Origin: Acidimicrobiia bacterium | GTDB lineage: Bacteria; Actinomycetota; Acidimicrobiia; Spongiisociales; ZC4RG35 | NCBI GenBank assembly: GCA_041742825.1 | Contig: JBGTNX010000075.1 | Span: forward strand, 9,960-73,959 | Direction of reading: 5' to 3' | Length of the DNA stretch: 64,000 nt | Part shown: one piece after another, positions 9,576 through 19,463 of the stretch | Position numbering within the stretch: position 1 is the stretch's first letter | Layout of the letters: the number at the start of each line of letters is the position of its first letter | The notes under the pieces: generated by a model | The model's input: only the letters and a program-made list of their open reading frames with translations | What the model was told of the DNA's origin: nothing | Database searches by the model: none | Translations under genes and position numbers: made by a program

Positions 9576-10637
9576 TCAACCCGTCAGCGGCTGCCATTCA
9601 TTCGCCATCGCCCGCAAACGCTCGAAGTATGTGAGGAGTTGGTCGGCCCGGGTCTCCCCCACCCCCTCCACCGAGATCAGGTCCTCTTTGTGTGCCCTGA
9701 GGATCCGTCCCAGCGTCTTGAGCTGTCTTACCAGGTCATTCCTCACCGGATCGGGCAAGCGACCCGCCTGGGAGAGAATACGGTGCCCACGCGGTTCTGC
9801 AGGGTCGTCGATGTCGGCAAACCCCAGTTGCAGGCCGATCAGGGAGAGGTCCTCCAGGTCGCTGCCCTGGAGTTCGGCCAGGGTCGCATAGGCCTTTTGC
9901 ACCGAACCCGACCGCATCGGCCTCAGGTAGTCCTGCAGGGCGAGGCGGATCGTCGATTCCACCCCGGTGAGGAGGTCGTGGAGCTGGAGGGAGACGATCC
10001 GACCCTCATCTCCGAGGGTGGATGCACTTGCTGACACCAGATCTCCGAGACGCTCGACCAACACCGCCCGCTGGATGACGGTGAGAACGGGACGAAACGT
10101 GGCCAGCCCGGAAACCTCGAAACGGGTGAGACGCATTTCGGCGTCGTCGAGGCGACGGCGGAGGCGGTCGAGGCTCTGCAGCTCCTGGTTGACGTGGGCT
10201 GCCACCTCGGTCGGATTGGCCAGCTCGACTTTCTGCCCGCTGTAGAAGAGGGTCGCGATGTGGCGCCCCTCACTGACCGCGATCACCGCTTTTCCGGTCT
10301 GAACCGCCAGCCGCTCGGCGGTGCGGTGCCTTGCCCCCGTCTCGTCGGTGTCGATCGACCCGTCGGGGATGAAGTGCACCGCAGCGCTGACAATCCGGTT
10401 CAATGAGTCGTCGAGGACGATCCCGCCGTCCATCTTGGACAACTCGGCGAGACGTGCCGGCGTGAACGAGGAAGACCGCAGGGCAAACCCTCCGGAGCTG
10501 GCTTCGTCGACCTCGGGGCCGTGGCCGAGCACGACGAGACCGCCCTTACCCTGCTGGATTATGCGCTCGAGCGCACGCCGCATCGGGGTTCCGGGCGCAA
10601 GGCGTTCGAGCATTTCCTGGATCGATTGTCCACCCAC
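9576..10637 (-). CDS. disA: DNA integrity scanning protein DisA (diadenylate cyclase)
   Basis: DAC-domain motifs GGLVVLG, DGGIVLD and GARHRTAERLAVQTG, with a C-terminal HhH (VEGVGETRADQLL). Adjacent to radA. Confidence 0.93.
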   Translation of the reverse strand: MGGQSIQEMLERLAPGTPMRRALERIIQQGKGGLVVLGHGPEVDEASSGGFALRSSSFTPARLAELSKMDGGIVLDDSLNRIVSAAVHFIPDGSIDTDETGARHRTAERLAVQTGKAVIAVSEGRHIATLFYSGQKVELANPTEVAAHVNQELQSLDRLRRRLDDAEMRLTRFEVSGLATFRPVLTVIQRAVLVERLGDLVSASASTLGDEGRIVSLQLHDLLTGVESTIRLALQDYLRPMRSGSVQKAYATLAELQGSDLEDLSLIGLQLGFADIDDPAEPRGHRILSQAGRLPDPVRNDLVRQLKTLGRILRAHKEDLISVEGVGETRADQLLTYFERLRAMANEWQPLTG

Positions 10638-10675
10638 GGGGCTCAGGCTATCACCTGACCATCCAATCAGGGCAC

Positions 10676-11965
10676 TCAGATAAGGCCACCGCTACTGAGC
10701 GCGTCCCGGAGCCGGATCGGCTCCCCCGGGCCAGGTGAGATCCGCCGGGTAACCCCCATCCGGTCCAACTCCTCGACCCGCCTTGATTCGAACGGGATTC
10801 CCCGCACCTCACCGGCGAGACCGACCTCGCCGTATGCAGCAACCCGCCCCAGGGGCCGGTCGACCCGGGAGGAAGCGATGGCAAGCGCCACCGGGAGATC
10901 GCACCCGGGGTCGTTGATCCTCCACCCGCCGACCACGTTGACGTAGACCTCATGCTGGTAGAGCTTGAGGCCGGTGTGCCGGTCGAGCACCGCGATCACC
11001 TGGTTGACCCGGGTCGGATCGAGGCCGCGTATCGAGCGACGGGGCTGGGCCTGGTTGGTCTCCGTCACCAGGGCCTGGATCTCGACGAGGACTGCGCGTC
11101 GCCCTTCCACCGCCGGGTAGACCACCGTCCCTGAAACTTCCGATTCCCATCCGGAGAGGAACACCTTCGAGGGGTCGTCAACTTCAACGAGGCCCTCGTT
11201 CTGCATATCGAACATACCGGAGACATGGGTTGGCCCGAAACGGTTCTTCAGCGAGCGGAGCACGCGAAAACCCCGGTCTGGGTCACCTTCGAGATAGAGG
11301 ACTACATCGACCATGTGCTCGAGGAGTTTCGGTCCGGCAATACCGCCGTCTTTGGTGACATGGCCCACCAGCACCACCGGGATGCTCGACTCCTTGGCCA
11401 GGCGAACCAGACGCGCCGCCGACTCCCGCACCTGAGCCACGCCCCCCGGCGCCCCGGACAGCTCGCGAACCCCGACAGTCTGGATCGAATCGACCACGAG
11501 AAAGTCGGGCCGCGTCTTCTCGGCGAGGGCGACAATCGCGTCGGTGTCGTCGTCGGAGACCAGCTGGATCGAGTCGCCTTCGATTCCGAGACGCTTCGCC
11601 CGCATTGCGACCTGGTGCGCCGACTCCTCGGCGCTGGCGATGAGAACCGAACCGCCTTTGCCGGAAACGAAACCTGCCACCTGGAGTAGGAGCGTCGACT
11701 TGCCCACACCCGGCTCGCCGCCGACGAGAATCACCGACCCGGCGACGATTCCACCACCGAGGACACGGTCGATCTCACCCCAGCCGGTGCGGAATCGTTC
11801 CCCGATCGTGTCTCTCGCCTCGTCGAGTCCGACCGCGGTTGCGACGTTCTGATTGCGCCGCACCACCGAAGATTCCTCGGTTAGAGGGCGATCAACGCCA
11901 CACTGTGGGCAGAACCCCATCCATTTCGGGGAGCTGTGCCCACAAGAGTCGCATCGGAAAGCCAT
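10676..11965 (-). CDS. radA: DNA repair protein RadA/Sms
   Basis: N-terminal Zn finger CDSCGHSSPKWMGFCPQCG, Walker A GEPGVGKSTLLLQ, KNRFG motif and a Lon-like C-terminal domain. Confidence 0.95.
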   Translation of the reverse strand: MAFRCDSCGHSSPKWMGFCPQCGVDRPLTEESSVVRRNQNVATAVGLDEARDTIGERFRTGWGEIDRVLGGGIVAGSVILVGGEPGVGKSTLLLQVAGFVSGKGGSVLIASAEESAHQVAMRAKRLGIEGDSIQLVSDDDTDAIVALAEKTRPDFLVVDSIQTVGVRELSGAPGGVAQVRESAARLVRLAKESSIPVVLVGHVTKDGGIAGPKLLEHMVDVVLYLEGDPDRGFRVLRSLKNRFGPTHVSGMFDMQNEGLVEVDDPSKVFLSGWESEVSGTVVYPAVEGRRAVLVEIQALVTETNQAQPRRSIRGLDPTRVNQVIAVLDRHTGLKLYQHEVYVNVVGGWRINDPGCDLPVALAIASSRVDRPLGRVAAYGEVGLAGEVRGIPFESRRVEELDRMGVTRRISPGPGEPIRLRDALSSGGLI

Positions 11966-12137
11966 TTATTTCGAGTGTCTCGTTTAACGATTACGCAGTT
12001 TGTTGGTAAGAATCAAGACTGCCGCTCCTGCCAGGAGTAGTGCCATGGCCCCGAGGACTGAAGACCAGGTCCACGGTTCATAAGTCCTGATGGCGAAGAC
12101 AAGCATGTCCGTGGCACAATAACTGCGAAGGAGGGTT

Positions 12138-13115
12138 GTGGCGGTACGCAGATGTAAACAGTGCGACGCGAGCGTCGCTGCAGACGAGCAGTTCTGCCCT
12201 AATTGTGGTGCCTTCATGGACCCTCTGGGCCAGCAGACCCATGGCAACATCATTTCGGTCAGCTCCAGCGGCTTTGAGACGTTTCAGCTCAGCGAGCCTC
12301 CCGAAGAACCAAAGCGTCGCCCCGAGCGCGGCTCCACCGGCGGCCCCGGGAACTCGATCCAATGCCCCTCCTGCGGTGCGACCAACCCTTCGTCGAACCG
12401 TCACTGTGAGGAATGTGGTGCCCGACTCAGCCAGGCGCCCCTCCCCACCGCCCCGCGTCCCGCGGTCCAGGCGACCGCTGGTGTCCGCGCCGCCCTTGCG
12501 ATCAGTGGCCTCCTCTTCGGCGTTGTTGTAGTTGCACTCGCCTTCAACGTGCTCGGTGGCGAGGAAACCCCGACGTCGACAACCGTCGCCGCTACTTCAA
12601 CCACTGCCCCGACCGTGGAAGAGAACGGGCCGATTCCCGTCATCAGCGAATCTTGCTCCGTCGAAGGCATCTCGTCGTTCGTCTGCGCCAACCTCACCTC
12701 GGGCACCGAGGACTCCTACCAGGTCAATTGGGAGGAGCTTCAGGCCGAAGCCGGGATCATCACGATCCGGCTCACCTTCGACCAGCCGATGGTGGTCCAG
12801 CAGATATTGTGGAGGAACCTCGCGGACCCGGTCCGATTCCAGCAGAACTACCGGCCCCGAGGGCTCGTCGTCACCGCCTCCGACGCCATCTCCGACGTGG
12901 CACACGAGTTGGAGGATGTTCCCGGTGAGCAGGTGATCCCTTACGCTGCGGTCGGCGCCAACTGGATCGAGTTCGAGATCACCAGCGCCTGGGTGGCGAC
13001 AGTCACCGAAGGCAACGTGTTCAAAGAGATGGCAATCGACGAGATAACAATCATCGGCCGCCCCCAGGCGGCTGCCACCAACACCACAGCCACCACCTCG
13101 ACGACTGCTCCCTAG
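12138..13115 (+). CDS. Double zinc-ribbon, single-pass membrane protein with a discoidin-like extracellular domain
   Basis: GTG start preceded by AAGGAGG. Contains CKQCD..CPNCG and CPSCG..CEECG ribbons, TM segment ALAISGLLFGVVVVALAF, a Thr/Ser-rich linker and a C-terminal beta-rich domain. Confidence 0.6.
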   Translation: MAVRRCKQCDASVAADEQFCPNCGAFMDPLGQQTHGNIISVSSSGFETFQLSEPPEEPKRRPERGSTGGPGNSIQCPSCGATNPSSNRHCEECGARLSQAPLPTAPRPAVQATAGVRAALAISGLLFGVVVVALAFNVLGGEETPTSTTVAATSTTAPTVEENGPIPVISESCSVEGISSFVCANLTSGTEDSYQVNWEELQAEAGIITIRLTFDQPMVVQQILWRNLADPVRFQQNYRPRGLVVTASDAISDVAHELEDVPGEQVIPYAAVGANWIEFEITSAWVATVTEGNVFKEMAIDEITIIGRPQAAATNTTATTSTTAP

Positions 13116-13134
13116 GGCGCGACCTCCGAAGGCT

Positions 13135-14427
13135 CTACTGCTTGATATACGGTTGCCCGTCAGCGGCCGGCGCCCGGGCATGGCCGACGAGACCGGCGAC
13201 CACGATGACCGTGGCAACGTACGGCAGCATCAGCATGAACTCCGAAGGTATCCCAGTGCCGAGGATGCCGACCTTCTGGGCTAGCGCACCTGAGAACCCG
13301 AAGACCAGTCCCGCGGCGAGGGCGCCAAAGGGAAGCCATCTCCCGAAGATCATTGCGGCGAGGCCGATGAACCCGATGCCACCCGTCATGTTTTCCTCGA
13401 ACCTGGAGATCTGCGCCAGAGCGAGGAATGCTCCACCGAAGCCGGCAATCAGACCGGCACCGATCACATTGCGATATCGCACTTTGAGGACATCGATGCC
13501 CAGTGTGTCGGCTGCCTTCGGGTGCTCCCCGACAGCCCTGGCGCGCAGGCCCCAACGGGTCCTGAAGAATCCGATGTGGAGCGCGACAACGAGGATGAAG
13601 GTCACGTACACGAAAAACGTGTGATCGAAGAACATCGGCCCAATCACCGGTATGTCCGCAAGCAGGGGGATCCGGATCGAGGTGACCCGGGCCGGAGCGT
13701 TGAGGTCCTGGGCTTCGGCGAGGACACGGCTCGCCAGGAAGGAAGTCAGGCCCACGGCGAGGATGTTGATGACGACTCCGGCAATGATTTGATCCACGCT
13801 GAACCTGATCGCAAGCCAGGCGAGGAGGGCGCCGAGCAGTGCGCCAACCAGCATCGCACCCGCCACCCCGGCCCAGGTTCCGAAGGCGCTGGACAGGATC
13901 ACAGCGACAAAGGCACCGGTCAGCAGTTGGCCCTCGATGCCGATGTTGATGACTCCGGCGCGCTCACATGTGAGTCCGGTCAGGGCGCCGAGGGTGATGA
14001 CGATCGAGGAGATGACAGTCGATCGCAGCATCCCGACCAGGCTGAACGAGCTGTCCGCGGCTGCCCATGCCAGCAATGCAAGTACGAACAGAAGTAGGCC
14101 GATGCCGAGTGCGAGATTGGTCCGTTTCAGATTCCGGCGACGGAGACGATCGGCGCCGAGGGCAAATATGAGCACCCCGGCCACCGCTGAGAAGATGCGA
14201 GAATTGAACGTCCACGCGACTCCCTGGATGGAGTCGGTAGGCAGGCTCATATTGAACGTGGAAGAGGCGTCCGGGGGCACTCCGAAGGCGAAAATTCCCA
14301 TGACGACCGCGGCGAGTGCCATGAGGACGACACCGATGATCGTTGCTCTCCGCTCCTCGGCACTGGTCCGCAGCACTACCTCCGGCGTGGTGGTGTCCAC
14401 CTTGTCCATCACAGTCATGATCCCCAC
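13135..14427 (-). CDS. ABC transporter permease (BMP/nucleoside-type simple-sugar family)
   Basis: 430-aa polytopic ORF in an operon with a second permease, a duplicated ATPase and a BMP lipoprotein. Contains a GIEGQLL-type motif. Confidence 0.85.
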   Translation of the reverse strand: MGIMTVMDKVDTTTPEVVLRTSAEERRATIIGVVLMALAAVVMGIFAFGVPPDASSTFNMSLPTDSIQGVAWTFNSRIFSAVAGVLIFALGADRLRRRNLKRTNLALGIGLLLFVLALLAWAAADSSFSLVGMLRSTVISSIVITLGALTGLTCERAGVINIGIEGQLLTGAFVAVILSSAFGTWAGVAGAMLVGALLGALLAWLAIRFSVDQIIAGVVINILAVGLTSFLASRVLAEAQDLNAPARVTSIRIPLLADIPVIGPMFFDHTFFVYVTFILVVALHIGFFRTRWGLRARAVGEHPKAADTLGIDVLKVRYRNVIGAGLIAGFGGAFLALAQISRFEENMTGGIGFIGLAAMIFGRWLPFGALAAGLVFGFSGALAQKVGILGTGIPSEFMLMLPYVATVIVVAGLVGHARAPAADGQPYIKQ

Positions 14428-15626
14428 CCCGTGGTCAGCTGGGTCGGCTTCTCATCGGGGCCTTTGACCCGATAGATCGTCCGGATCATTCCCGGTGCAG
14501 CTACGAAGATCACGATCAGCGCTTGGAGAACGACCACGAGATCGATCGGCACCTGGGCCGCACCCTGCATCTCCCTACCGCCTGCGGCAAGCGCACCGAA
14601 CAACAGCGAGGCCCAGAGCACCCCGATCGGATTGGAGCGTCCGAGGAGGGCAACAGTTATGGCGTCGAAGCCCACGGCACCGGCGAGCGCAGGAGATGCT
14701 TTGTACGGCTCGAGTCCCATCACCTGGTTGGCACCTGCCATCCCGGCGAGACCGCCGGCGAGGGCCATCGCCAGAGTCACCACGACTGCAACATTCATGC
14801 CGGCATAACGTCCGGCACTCGGGTTGGAGCCAACCGCCCGGAACTCGAAGCCGATTGAGGAACGATAGAGAAGCCAGTGGACGACGAAAACGAAGGCAAT
14901 CGCGATCAGAAGCCCGATTGTCACCCGGTAGTCGGCCCCGAAGAGGCGGGGCAGGCGAGCCGTCTCCGCTAGCTCTGCTGACACTGGATTATTGCGTCCC
15001 GGGTCCTGGAGCCCGGGCGTGGTCAGGATCCACTGCATGAAGAACACCGCGATGAAGTTGCCCATGATGGTGGTAATGACCTCGTGGGCCCCAGTCCGCG
15101 CTTTCAGTAGCCCCGCCAGCCCACCCCAGATCATCCCACCGGCGAGCCCCGCCAACAGTGTCAACGGGATGTGGACGATCCCGGGAAGGCTCACGTAAAT
15201 TCCGACATAGGTTGCCGCCAGACCTCCCATCAGCATCTGGCCCTGCGCCCCGATGTTGAACAGCCCGGCACGGAAGCCCAAGGCGACGCCGAGGCCGGCG
15301 AGGATCAGCGGGGTGGCAGCAAACAGGGACTCCGAGAGGGCATTCACCGACCCGACAGAACCCCGGAAGAGCGCCCGGTAAGCTGCGCTCACCTCGGCCA
15401 CCATCTGCCCGAATGCAGCACCGGGGTCGTCGAACAACAGTCTCAGGATCTCGATATCGGAGAAGGCGATGATGAACGCCCCGATTATCAAGGCGGTAAC
15501 CACTGCCAACGTGGGCAGGAGCAGCGATCGGGCTACCGAAGTGCCAATCCCGGTGGCACGGTCCATCAGCGGACTGCGCTCCGGGGGAGGCGTTGCCTCG
15601 CTCTCAGGTGCACGGGTGTCGGTCAC
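14415..15626 (-). CDS. ABC transporter permease (BMP/nucleoside-type)
   Basis: 403-aa polytopic ORF with NIGAQGQMLMG. Overlaps both the upstream and downstream operon genes. Confidence 0.85.
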   Translation of the reverse strand: MTDTRAPESEATPPPERSPLMDRATGIGTSVARSLLLPTLAVVTALIIGAFIIAFSDIEILRLLFDDPGAAFGQMVAEVSAAYRALFRGSVGSVNALSESLFAATPLILAGLGVALGFRAGLFNIGAQGQMLMGGLAATYVGIYVSLPGIVHIPLTLLAGLAGGMIWGGLAGLLKARTGAHEVITTIMGNFIAVFFMQWILTTPGLQDPGRNNPVSAELAETARLPRLFGADYRVTIGLLIAIAFVFVVHWLLYRSSIGFEFRAVGSNPSAGRYAGMNVAVVVTLAMALAGGLAGMAGANQVMGLEPYKASPALAGAVGFDAITVALLGRSNPIGVLWASLLFGALAAGGREMQGAAQVPIDLVVVLQALIVIFVAAPGMIRTIYRVKGPDEKPTQLTTGWGS

Positions 15627-17155
15627 GGAGCCGAACCGAGCATTGCCAGGCCAATGTCAGTAACTTCGGCATCGGGCGCGAACTCACCTGCGACCTTGCC
15701 GTGGAAGAGCACGATGATCCGGTCGGCGAGTGCCCTGACCTCGTCTAACTCAGACGACACCACCAGGACTGCTGCCCCGGCATCGCGTTTTGCGACTATC
15801 TGACTGTGGATGTACTCGATGGAGCCGACATCGATGCCCCGGGTCGGTTGGGCGGCGATCACCAACTCCACCTCCCGGGCGAACTCGCGGGCGACGATGA
15901 CTTTCTGCTGGTTTCCTCCGGAGAGCGTCGATACAGGGACGTCGATGCCGGGGGTGCGCACGTCGTACTGCTTGACCAGGTCTTTGGCCATCTCCCGGGT
16001 TGCGCCCCAGTCCATGACCACGCCTCTCGAGAACGGCTGCTCGTAGTAGGAATCGAGGATCATGTTCTCGACAACGCTGAAATCCAGGACCAGGCCGCTC
16101 TCCTGGCGGTCTTCGGGGATATGGGAAACTCCCAGCTGGTGGAGATCACGGGGATTGGCGTCCGTTATGTCGGTGTGGCCTAACCGCACCGAACCGGACA
16201 TCACCGGGCGGAGTCCCGTGATTCCTTCGATCAGCTCAGTTTGGCCGTTGCCCTGAACCCCGGCGATTCCCACGATCTCACCGGCGTGAACGTCGAAGCT
16301 GACGCCGTCCACCGCCTTCACATTTCTGCTGTCGAGCACGACCAAGTCCCGGACCTCCAGCACCAGCTCGCCCGGAGAGGCCGTGGCCTTGGTTACGGTC
16401 AGATCGACCGACCGCCCGACCATGAGATTGGCCAAGTCTTGCTGGGTGGTCTCGGCGGGGAGTGCCTCACCCACCACCTTCCCGCCCCGCATCACGACGA
16501 TCCGATCCGCGACCCTGATTGCTTCACCCAGCTTGTGGGTGATGAACACGATCCCCTTGCCATCAGCCTTGAGGCCCTCGACTATCCCGAAGAACTCCTC
16601 GACCTCCTGGGGCGTCAGTACCGCTGTCGGTTCGTCGAAGACGACGAACTGCGCTTCGCGGTCCAAGACCTTGATGATCTCAACTCGCTGCTGGACACCC
16701 ACGGAGATGTTCTCGATCAACGCATCAGGATCGACTCTGAGGTTGTACCGCTCGGAGATATTCATCACCGTGGCGCGGGCGGCGTCGCGGTCGATCATGC
16801 CCCCGAACCCGGTCGGCTCCTGGCCCAGGACCACATTTTCAGTCACTGTGAAGACGGGGACGAGCATGAAATGTTGGTGAACCATCCCGATTCCGGCGGC
16901 AATGGCGTCGGCCGATGAGCCAAGGGACATTTCCTCGCCGTCGATGACGATCTTGCCTTTGTCCGCCGAGTAGAGGCCGTAGAGGATGTTCATCAGGGTG
17001 CTCTTGCCGGCTCCGTTCTCCCCGAGCAGGGCAACGACCTCACCAGGAGCAACCGAAAGGGACACATCGTCATTGGCCAGGACACCACCAGGAAAGCGCT
17101 TGGTAATCCCTTCCAGAACAAGTGCCAAACCGTCTCCTTCCCAGCTGATCCGCAC
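15623..17155 (-). CDS. ABC transporter ATP-binding protein with two fused ATPase domains
   Basis: Walker A GENGAGKST, Walker B VVFDEPT, signature LSGGNQQK and a degenerate second P-loop GVQGNGQTE, as is typical of sugar/nucleoside importers. Confidence 0.9.
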   Translation of the reverse strand: MRISWEGDGLALVLEGITKRFPGGVLANDDVSLSVAPGEVVALLGENGAGKSTLMNILYGLYSADKGKIVIDGEEMSLGSSADAIAAGIGMVHQHFMLVPVFTVTENVVLGQEPTGFGGMIDRDAARATVMNISERYNLRVDPDALIENISVGVQQRVEIIKVLDREAQFVVFDEPTAVLTPQEVEEFFGIVEGLKADGKGIVFITHKLGEAIRVADRIVVMRGGKVVGEALPAETTQQDLANLMVGRSVDLTVTKATASPGELVLEVRDLVVLDSRNVKAVDGVSFDVHAGEIVGIAGVQGNGQTELIEGITGLRPVMSGSVRLGHTDITDANPRDLHQLGVSHIPEDRQESGLVLDFSVVENMILDSYYEQPFSRGVVMDWGATREMAKDLVKQYDVRTPGIDVPVSTLSGGNQQKVIVAREFAREVELVIAAQPTRGIDVGSIEYIHSQIVAKRDAGAAVLVVSSELDEVRALADRIIVLFHGKVAGEFAPDAEVTDIGLAMLGSAP

Positions 17156-17223
17156 GATACCTTAGAACGGCCGGAGCCCCAGCGTGTGCTGGGGCTCCGG
17201 TGCGTTCCGATATTGTTTGTCGA

Positions 17224-18381
17224 CTACTCGGGTGCGGGTGCATACCTCGGGAAGTCGAGTGTTCCCGAAGCGATATCCGCGAGGATCTGCTCCACCTCAG
17301 CAGCAAGCTCTGCAGGAACCCGGTCGGCCCACGAGTGGAACTCGGACAGGCCTACACCATCGTTCTCGAGAGTTCCGTTAGAAACCCCGGGGGTCCATGC
17401 GCCAGCTGCCTGGTCCTCGATCGAGCGCTGCACCTGGATAGCGATGCCCTTCTCGATCGTGGTCAGCCACAGGTCCTGGTACTCGGCGGGAGCGGCCATG
17501 AATGCGTCCTGGTCGACACCGATGAGAGCCGCGGCGATGCCACGGTCCTGGATCGCGGTGCCACAGGGCAGGTTGATCGCGCCACCAACCGGCAGCATGA
17601 TGTCGGCGTTCTCGTCGAGGATGCTCTCACATGTGGAGCGAACAGTGGGGTCGGCGGGGTCGAAGGTACCGGTGAAGGTCCCGTCAACTGCGTCGATGTC
17701 CCAGCCGATCACACGCACGTCTGTGCCCTTGACCTCGTTGTAATGGGCGACGCCCTTGGCGAATCCGTCCATGAAGATCGCTACCGGCGGGATGTTCAAC
17801 CCACCGTAGGTCCCGACAACACCGGTCTCCGTCACACCTGCGGCAAGGTAGCCGGCTGCGAATGCGGCTTCATCGGTCTGGTAGACCAGGCCACGAACAT
17901 TCGGGATCTCGGGGTCGTATGCGAAGTCGACGATCGTCCAGTTGACATCAGGGTTTGCTGCGGCGTTGGTCGCCGTTGCGTCGCCCAGCTCGAAACCGAC
18001 GGTCACGATGTGCTGGGCCCCTTGGGTGAGGCACTGGTCGATATTCGGCTGGTAGTCGTCCTGAGCGTCGGACTCGAGGAGAATCGGGTCGGCGGCTGCC
18101 CCACCTGAGGTGACTGCATCCTGCACGCCCTGCCATGCGGCGGCGTTGAAGCTGCGGTCATCGACCCCGGCAAGGTCGGTCACCAGGCAGGTGACGACAG
18201 CCTCGCCGTCGACCATCGCTTCAGTTGTTGTTGTCTCTTCCATCATTTCGGTAGTGGTGGTCTCTTCACCGGCGGGTGCGGTGGTGGTGGTGGTGCTGTC
18301 GCCACCATCGTCATCGCCACAAGCCGCGAGCACCAGGCCCAATACCGCGATAAGCGCGACGAGCCTCATATAACGTTTCAC
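17224..18381 (-). CDS. BMP-family (PnrA-like) substrate-binding lipoprotein
   Basis: Signal peptide with lipobox LAACGDD, a Thr-rich linker and a periplasmic-binding fold. First gene of the ABC operon. Confidence 0.85.
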   Translation of the reverse strand: MKRYMRLVALIAVLGLVLAACGDDDGGDSTTTTTAPAGEETTTTEMMEETTTTEAMVDGEAVVTCLVTDLAGVDDRSFNAAAWQGVQDAVTSGGAAADPILLESDAQDDYQPNIDQCLTQGAQHIVTVGFELGDATATNAAANPDVNWTIVDFAYDPEIPNVRGLVYQTDEAAFAAGYLAAGVTETGVVGTYGGLNIPPVAIFMDGFAKGVAHYNEVKGTDVRVIGWDIDAVDGTFTGTFDPADPTVRSTCESILDENADIMLPVGGAINLPCGTAIQDRGIAAALIGVDQDAFMAAPAEYQDLWLTTIEKGIAIQVQRSIEDQAAGAWTPGVSNGTLENDGVGLSEFHSWADRVPAELAAEVEQILADIASGTLDFPRYAPAPE

Positions 18382-18490
18382 GTTTAACTTTCCTCCGTTG
18401 TTTTAAGTGTGGTCGGGGTCGAACCCGGACCGTTGTGCAGGTTAGTAGGTCGAGCGACCCTACGCCCTGCAACGGGCCTACCAAGTCGGG

Positions 18491-18515
18491 CAGAAGAGAC
18501 CACGACTTTCGTGGT
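18491..18515 (-). terminator. Putative intrinsic terminator directly after the nucleoside hydrolase stop
   Basis: The minus strand reads TGA-ACCACGA-AAG-TCGTGGT-CTCTTCT: a 7-bp stem and 3-nt loop followed by a pyrimidine-rich tract. Confidence 0.4.
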
Positions 18516-19463
18516 TCAGAGGCGGGAAATGCGGTCGACGAGGAGGTCGAAAAAGCCGTCGGCGTCGATCTCATTCATAACGAGGGCGTTTGGTTCCAGG
18601 TCGGTGACGCCCCACCAATCGACCACAGTCATACCGAGGGTTGGCCCGGGCACGACATCGATCTCCACGGAGGTCTCTTTGCCTGTGAACAGGCCGGGAT
18701 CGAGGAGGTATGCGATCACAGTCGGGTCGTGGAGGGGGCCACCTGGAAGGTCGTATTTCGCCATGTCCCACCGATCGTAGAAACCCAGCATCCCGGCCAC
18801 AGCCGCACCCGCCGGAGTGCCGATGTCCTTGAACCTTTGCAGGCGATCCGGGGTGGTCAGGGCCTTGTGGGTCACATCGAGAGGCATCATCACAACTGGT
18901 ATTCCGCTCGTGAAGACCACGTGCGCGGCATGCGGGTCGACATAGACGTTGAACTCGGCCGCCGGGGTTGTGTTCCCGCCTTCGAAGAATCCTCCGCCCA
19001 TCATCACGATCTGCTCGATGCCTTGAGCAATCGACGGCTCGCGAACCAGGGCGAGTGCGACGTTGGTGAGGGGTCCGAGGGTGCAGAGGGTCACCGGGTG
19101 CTCCGAAGCACCCACGATCTCGATGATCCTGTCCACCGCGTGGCCCGGGGCCTCCTCTAGAACGGGGTCGGGGAGATCGGCGCCGTCGAGCCCGGTGGGC
19201 CCGTGCACGTATTCGGCTGTGACCAGCTCGCGGACCATTGGACGAACGGAGCCGCGATACACCGGCACGTCTTGTCGCCCGGCCAGCTCAACCAGTGCAA
19301 GGCTGTTCTTGACTGTCAGATCGAGCGGGACATTTCCCGCAACAGCGGTTATCGCCAGAACCTCGAGCTCGTCACGGGACGCAAGCGCGACCAGGATGGC
19401 GACAGCGTCATCCTGTCCGGGGTCGGTATCGATGATTATGGGCCTTGCGATCCCAGCAGCGTA
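18516..19463 (-). CDS. Inosine/uridine-preferring nucleoside hydrolase (IunH/RihA family); its start codon is unresolved
   Basis: The frame directly after the rbsK TGA encodes YAAGIARPIIIDTDPGQDDAVAILVAL.... This holds the N-terminal Asp cluster of the family, which continues as VHGPTGLDG and NVYVDPHAA. The first ATG/GTG/TTG is only at 19268, which would delete the DTDPGQDD motif. Confidence 0.7.
   Translation of the reverse strand, partial: YAAGIARPIIIDTDPGQDDAVAILVALASRDELEVLAITAVAGNVPLDLTVKNSLALVELAGRQDVPVYRGSVRPMVRELVTAEYVHGPTGLDGADLPDPVLEEAPGHAVDRIIEIVGASEHPVTLCTLGPLTNVALALVREPSIAQGIEQIVMMGGGFFEGGNTTPAAEFNVYVDPHAAHVVFTSGIPVVMMPLDVTHKALTTPDRLQRFKDIGTPAGAAVAGMLGFYDRWDMAKYDLPGGPLHDPTVIAYLLDPGLFTGKETSVEIDVVPGPTLGMTVVDWWGVTDLEPNALVMNEIDADGFFDLLVDRISRL

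Noticed and set aside
11984-12106. 40-aa hydrophobic small ORF (MLVFAIRTYEPWTWSSVLGAMALLLAGAAVLILTNKLRNR) just upstream of radA
   Set aside because: It is plausible as a small membrane protein, but it has no recognisable SD and no promoter that I could identify. It lies in the divergent promoter region of radA and the zinc-ribbon gene. The evidence is too weak to call.
18405-18432. tRNA-like T-arm (GGTCCGGGTTCGACCCCGACC on the minus strand)
   Set aside because: No acceptor, D-arm or anticodon arm could be built around it. It is treated only as an imperfect palindrome in the operon leader.
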